From assembly GCA_963924565.1 (NCBI GenBank), contig OZ004607.1, positions 29,450,001-29,514,000 of the forward strand: 64,000 bases of DNA, given 5' to 3'. Below the pieces are notes generated by a model, which was given only the letters and a program-made list of their open reading frames with translations, was not told the origin of the DNA and searched no databases. Position numbers and translations under genes: made by a program. Position 1 is the stretch's first letter. Each line of letters opens with the position of its first letter. Positions 60,901 to 64,000 of the stretch are shown one piece after another. The stretch comes from Ascidiella aspersa. Taxonomy: Eukaryota.

Positions 60901-62805
60901 TTTCTTCGAAAAGAACATGGCAGGCCTTTGCGTTATGTAGTGTATCGTTGCGTTCTTAGTTTGGTTGGCTATAGGCTTACTTTTGTTGTGACGCATACTG
61001 AACTCCAATTTAAAAAATATATATTGTTTTGGATATATTTGATGTAGATATAGTGTTTTTTTCGGAAACTGGTCCTTGTATATAGTCTTAAAAAAGAATG
61101 ACCTCACACATGAGTTACGTCATTTATTTGGGTTTCCAATATTCTATTTTATATTTTTTGTAAACCTAAAAACAAAATAAGCAAACTCAATATGAGATAA
61201 CTTTCAACAACTTCAAGGCACATTCAAAACTTACTCCAACGTAATTTTTTTCTTTTTTTTTTCTTTTACTCCGGATAGGTCAACTTACCCAGTTTATCCT
61301 AAAAGTCACATAAAACTAGCTCTATATTCAAATTAAAGGCTATTTTTAAATTAAAGAATTGATAATGCCGTTTAAGGCAGAATATTTATTCCTTTTAACA
61401 AAAATCGGATCCTGCGTTTTACTCAGGTTTTTAAGCTTTACTTTTTCAACACCAAATAAAGTATAGGACTTATAACGGACGGGTTTAAAAGGCGGAAATG
61501 GGGAACTTTGTTGTAGGAAGGACAGCACCATGATAAGGTAGCGGCACACAGGAAAGGTATTCGTGTACAATGGCAAGCGGACGTTCACCGTCTCCGCAAT
61601 CTCCTATGCTAACTCTATATAACAGGGAAACTCGCGGCCTCAACTGTGCAATCACCGACGCTCGACGCACCGCGACCGGATTGCTTCGGTAATTAGCAAA
61701 TGAGACGGCGGTGGCGGCATACGCGAGAGACCAGAAGGAAAAAATCAATGTTCACCAACGACTGATGGAATTCGTTGCGACAGTATTCCGCCGCGGCACC
61801 GGGCGAGCTATTGCATAGCGACCTGATGGACAAAGCCTGCGCTCGCCATTGACTGCTCCCTGGCCGGTGTATTCCAGGTTTATTTTATTTTACTTCTTCT
61901 ACCTGGCGACGTCTACCCGCCTGACCCCAATGAAAGCGGCCGGCTGCTGTGTATAGGCTTGCTGCCCGGTGTATAGGCTTGCAGTTGGGTTGCTGTTGTC
62001 GATTTGCGACTGCAGGTGTTGGGTGTTGTCTTGGACTTTGCAAAAATCAGCGAACTTTATTTGCATAGGTTGAGCAGTTTAAAGGCAGTGCATAAGAGGA
62101 TGCAGTTCAGCAGTATTTAGTAGAATTTGTGCGCGGACGCCGACTTTGCAACGAGCAGGGAAAGAGCTGCGTGAGTTTGTAAGCTTTACTAAATTAGAAC
62201 TTGAGCCAAAATTTAAGCTTAACCAAATCAGAAATATTTCTATTTAGAGTATTTGGCTCGATTTTTATCTTACTTATGTATTTACAGGAGACTTTCGCTC
62301 CGAAGGTTGATTTATTAGCAGAGAGTTCTTGTGTATTTAGTTTTTCTCGTATAAACTAACTAAGACCAATCAAAGTTACGACGTCGGCGGCATCTGTGCT
62401 GAAGTTCGAAGGGCAGAAATATCGATAGTCACCCTTTTAGTCGGCCATCTTTCCTGCTCACTGTGGTTGGTTAATTGACAAACATTGATTTTTTATCGCG
62501 CCCCAAACTGGATGCGGTTTCAGCAAACAGCGCAAGAAAAGCAGAAATTGGTTTTGTTGCTTATTTCCTGAAAGATTTTAAAGGAATCGCGCGCCTTCTT
62601 TACCATTATTTGTTTTTATTTTGCTTTCAGCCATCAGTTTTGTTGCCTTAACTAATAAGAGTTAGCGTTGTTAGATCAATAATCTATGTTGTACCACTGT
62701 ATGTTGGTATTATCTGTTTCGTGAAAACAGGACCACCGTGACGTCATCTCACCGCGATTCGCACCTTGGAGTATTTTCTAATCACAGAGCAACGACTGAA
62801 ATACA

Positions 62806-64000
62806 ATGTCTTGGCATTTCGTCGAACGATGGCTGCAGAAGGTAAAGTGTTGATACCATTTTGTTGTGATTGTTTTTATGCGTATGCTTAACATTTTTGA
62901 ACACACATTGAGTTATATCAGTTTAAAACATACAGAAATTCGTTGATATCCGGTTCATTGTTGTGCATTATTGCGTAAAATCGATTTAACATTCAGTCTT
63001 TTACCAAAAGTAAAATGCTAATTCTGTTCCGTAAGAAAGGTTAACACTATTATTTTTTGTAATTACATGTAATTTTTGTTTCATTTTACGCTGCGAATCA
63101 TAAATGCACCGTAAAAATTGAAAGCCGCGTGTGAAAAAGAGTTTCCCAAGACGGTGTAAAACGTATTCCCGTAGCATCAATAATGTAGTGAAATAATTGT
63201 TTGGAAAATTCCCTGTGCTGCGTGAAAAGCAACTACACATCTATGGTCGTTAAGCGTTTGACGCATACCATTGTGTCAGAAGATGTTAAAATTGAAATCA
63301 CGTGCCAGCACTTTAGTAACAACAAAAATATAAACAATAAACGGGGGTTCTTTAATTGGGGTCCATGGACCCCTTGGAGTCTAGTTTTAGGGGGTCCATT
63401 AAGGCCTAATTGAAATATTAGTATATATTTAAAAAGTAGTCAATTTTTCAACGAAAATAATTTAATTAAAAATAAAACGGTTCTGCACTGAATGTATATT
63501 TAGATCCCATTTCACTATCCTATTTTCGGATATAGTGTATTTATATTATGACGTCAATTTATGACGTCATTTTTGATATTTTTTGCATACTGTCGTCCAC
63601 GCTAAACAAATAAAAAAATTAGGGGTCTGTGGTAAAAAAAGTTTAAGAACCTATGCAATAAATGAATACGAACGGGTAAACTAGAAGCCCTTCACAATAG
63701 TTTCAGCTGGTTTTCAGCTTAAAAAACGTTTAAATTAGGTTCTTTAAAAAATATACAGTAATGAGAGAAATCAAGTCACAAAGAAAAATGCAGTTGCACA
63801 AAATGCAGTTTGTGCAGATCACATTTCTTTCGGAAGGAAACAACACTATTTACATTGTATCTGTGCAGGTCAACCAGCACTCGACCCTCATCGGCAAGTT
63901 CTGGATCACCTTCCTGATCGTCTTTCGTATCGTTGTCGTGTCCAGCGTGGGGGACCGGGTTTATTCGGACGAACAGAGCGAGTTTAAGTGTAATACGATG
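62806..64000 (+). CDS. Connexin (gap junction protein), 5' part; continues beyond the window
   Basis: Exon 62806-62841 (MSWHFVERWLQK) joins in phase 0 to exon 63869-64000 (VNQHSTLIGKFWITFLIVFRIVVVSSVGDRVYSDEQSEFKCNTM). This gives the connexin N-terminus, HST.IGK.W, TM1 FR and the E1 motif DEQS.F.CNT. Confidence 0.93.
63342..63655. mobile_element. hAT-type MITE in the connexin intron (same family as 29238-29572)
   Basis: Shares GGGGTCCATGGACCCCTTGG, TGACGTCAATTTATGACGTCATTTT and GTTTAAGAAC with the 29.2 kb copy. CAATAAA flanks both ends. Confidence 0.8.

Noticed and set aside
55426-61748. Many short ORFs between ATP6V1A and the connexin
   Set aside because: No domain motifs, codon bias or compatible splice sites. 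They are consistent with chance ORFs.

Overview
Eukaryotic, intron-rich, AT-rich genomic DNA, most likely from a tunicate (ascidian). The inference rests on a connexin with an intron in its coding region and on compact GT-AG gene structures. The supplied ORF track is mostly noise, so I assembled the genes exon by exon by hand. Bases 1-28.8 kb are a tandem array of 8-9.4 kb units. Each unit carries a truncated Ty3/gypsy LTR element (tRNA-Pro PBS, SCAN-like gag), a 7-exon secreted protein gene on the + strand and a convergent cytosolic sulfotransferase (SULT) gene or fragment on the - strand. The secreted protein is signal peptide-EGF-EGF-C-type lectin plus an unassigned ~97-aa domain that resembles a CBM2 cellulose-binding module. 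Two lectin copies are intact and the third is frameshifted. All four SULT copies are damaged, and the only full-length one has an in-frame TAG. Downstream are a - strand insect-type AANAT-like GNAT acetyltransferase (31.9-35.2 kb), calsequestrin (37.9-44.3 kb, one GC-AG intron, C-terminal KSEL), V-ATPase subunit A (46.3-55.0 kb), about 7 kb of non-coding DNA and the 5' end of a connexin. Several hAT-type MITEs and one foldback element are present. The best candidate for an undescribed system is the amplified, diversifying EGF-EGF-CTLD-(CBM2-like) gene family, which could be a lectin anchored to tunic cellulose.
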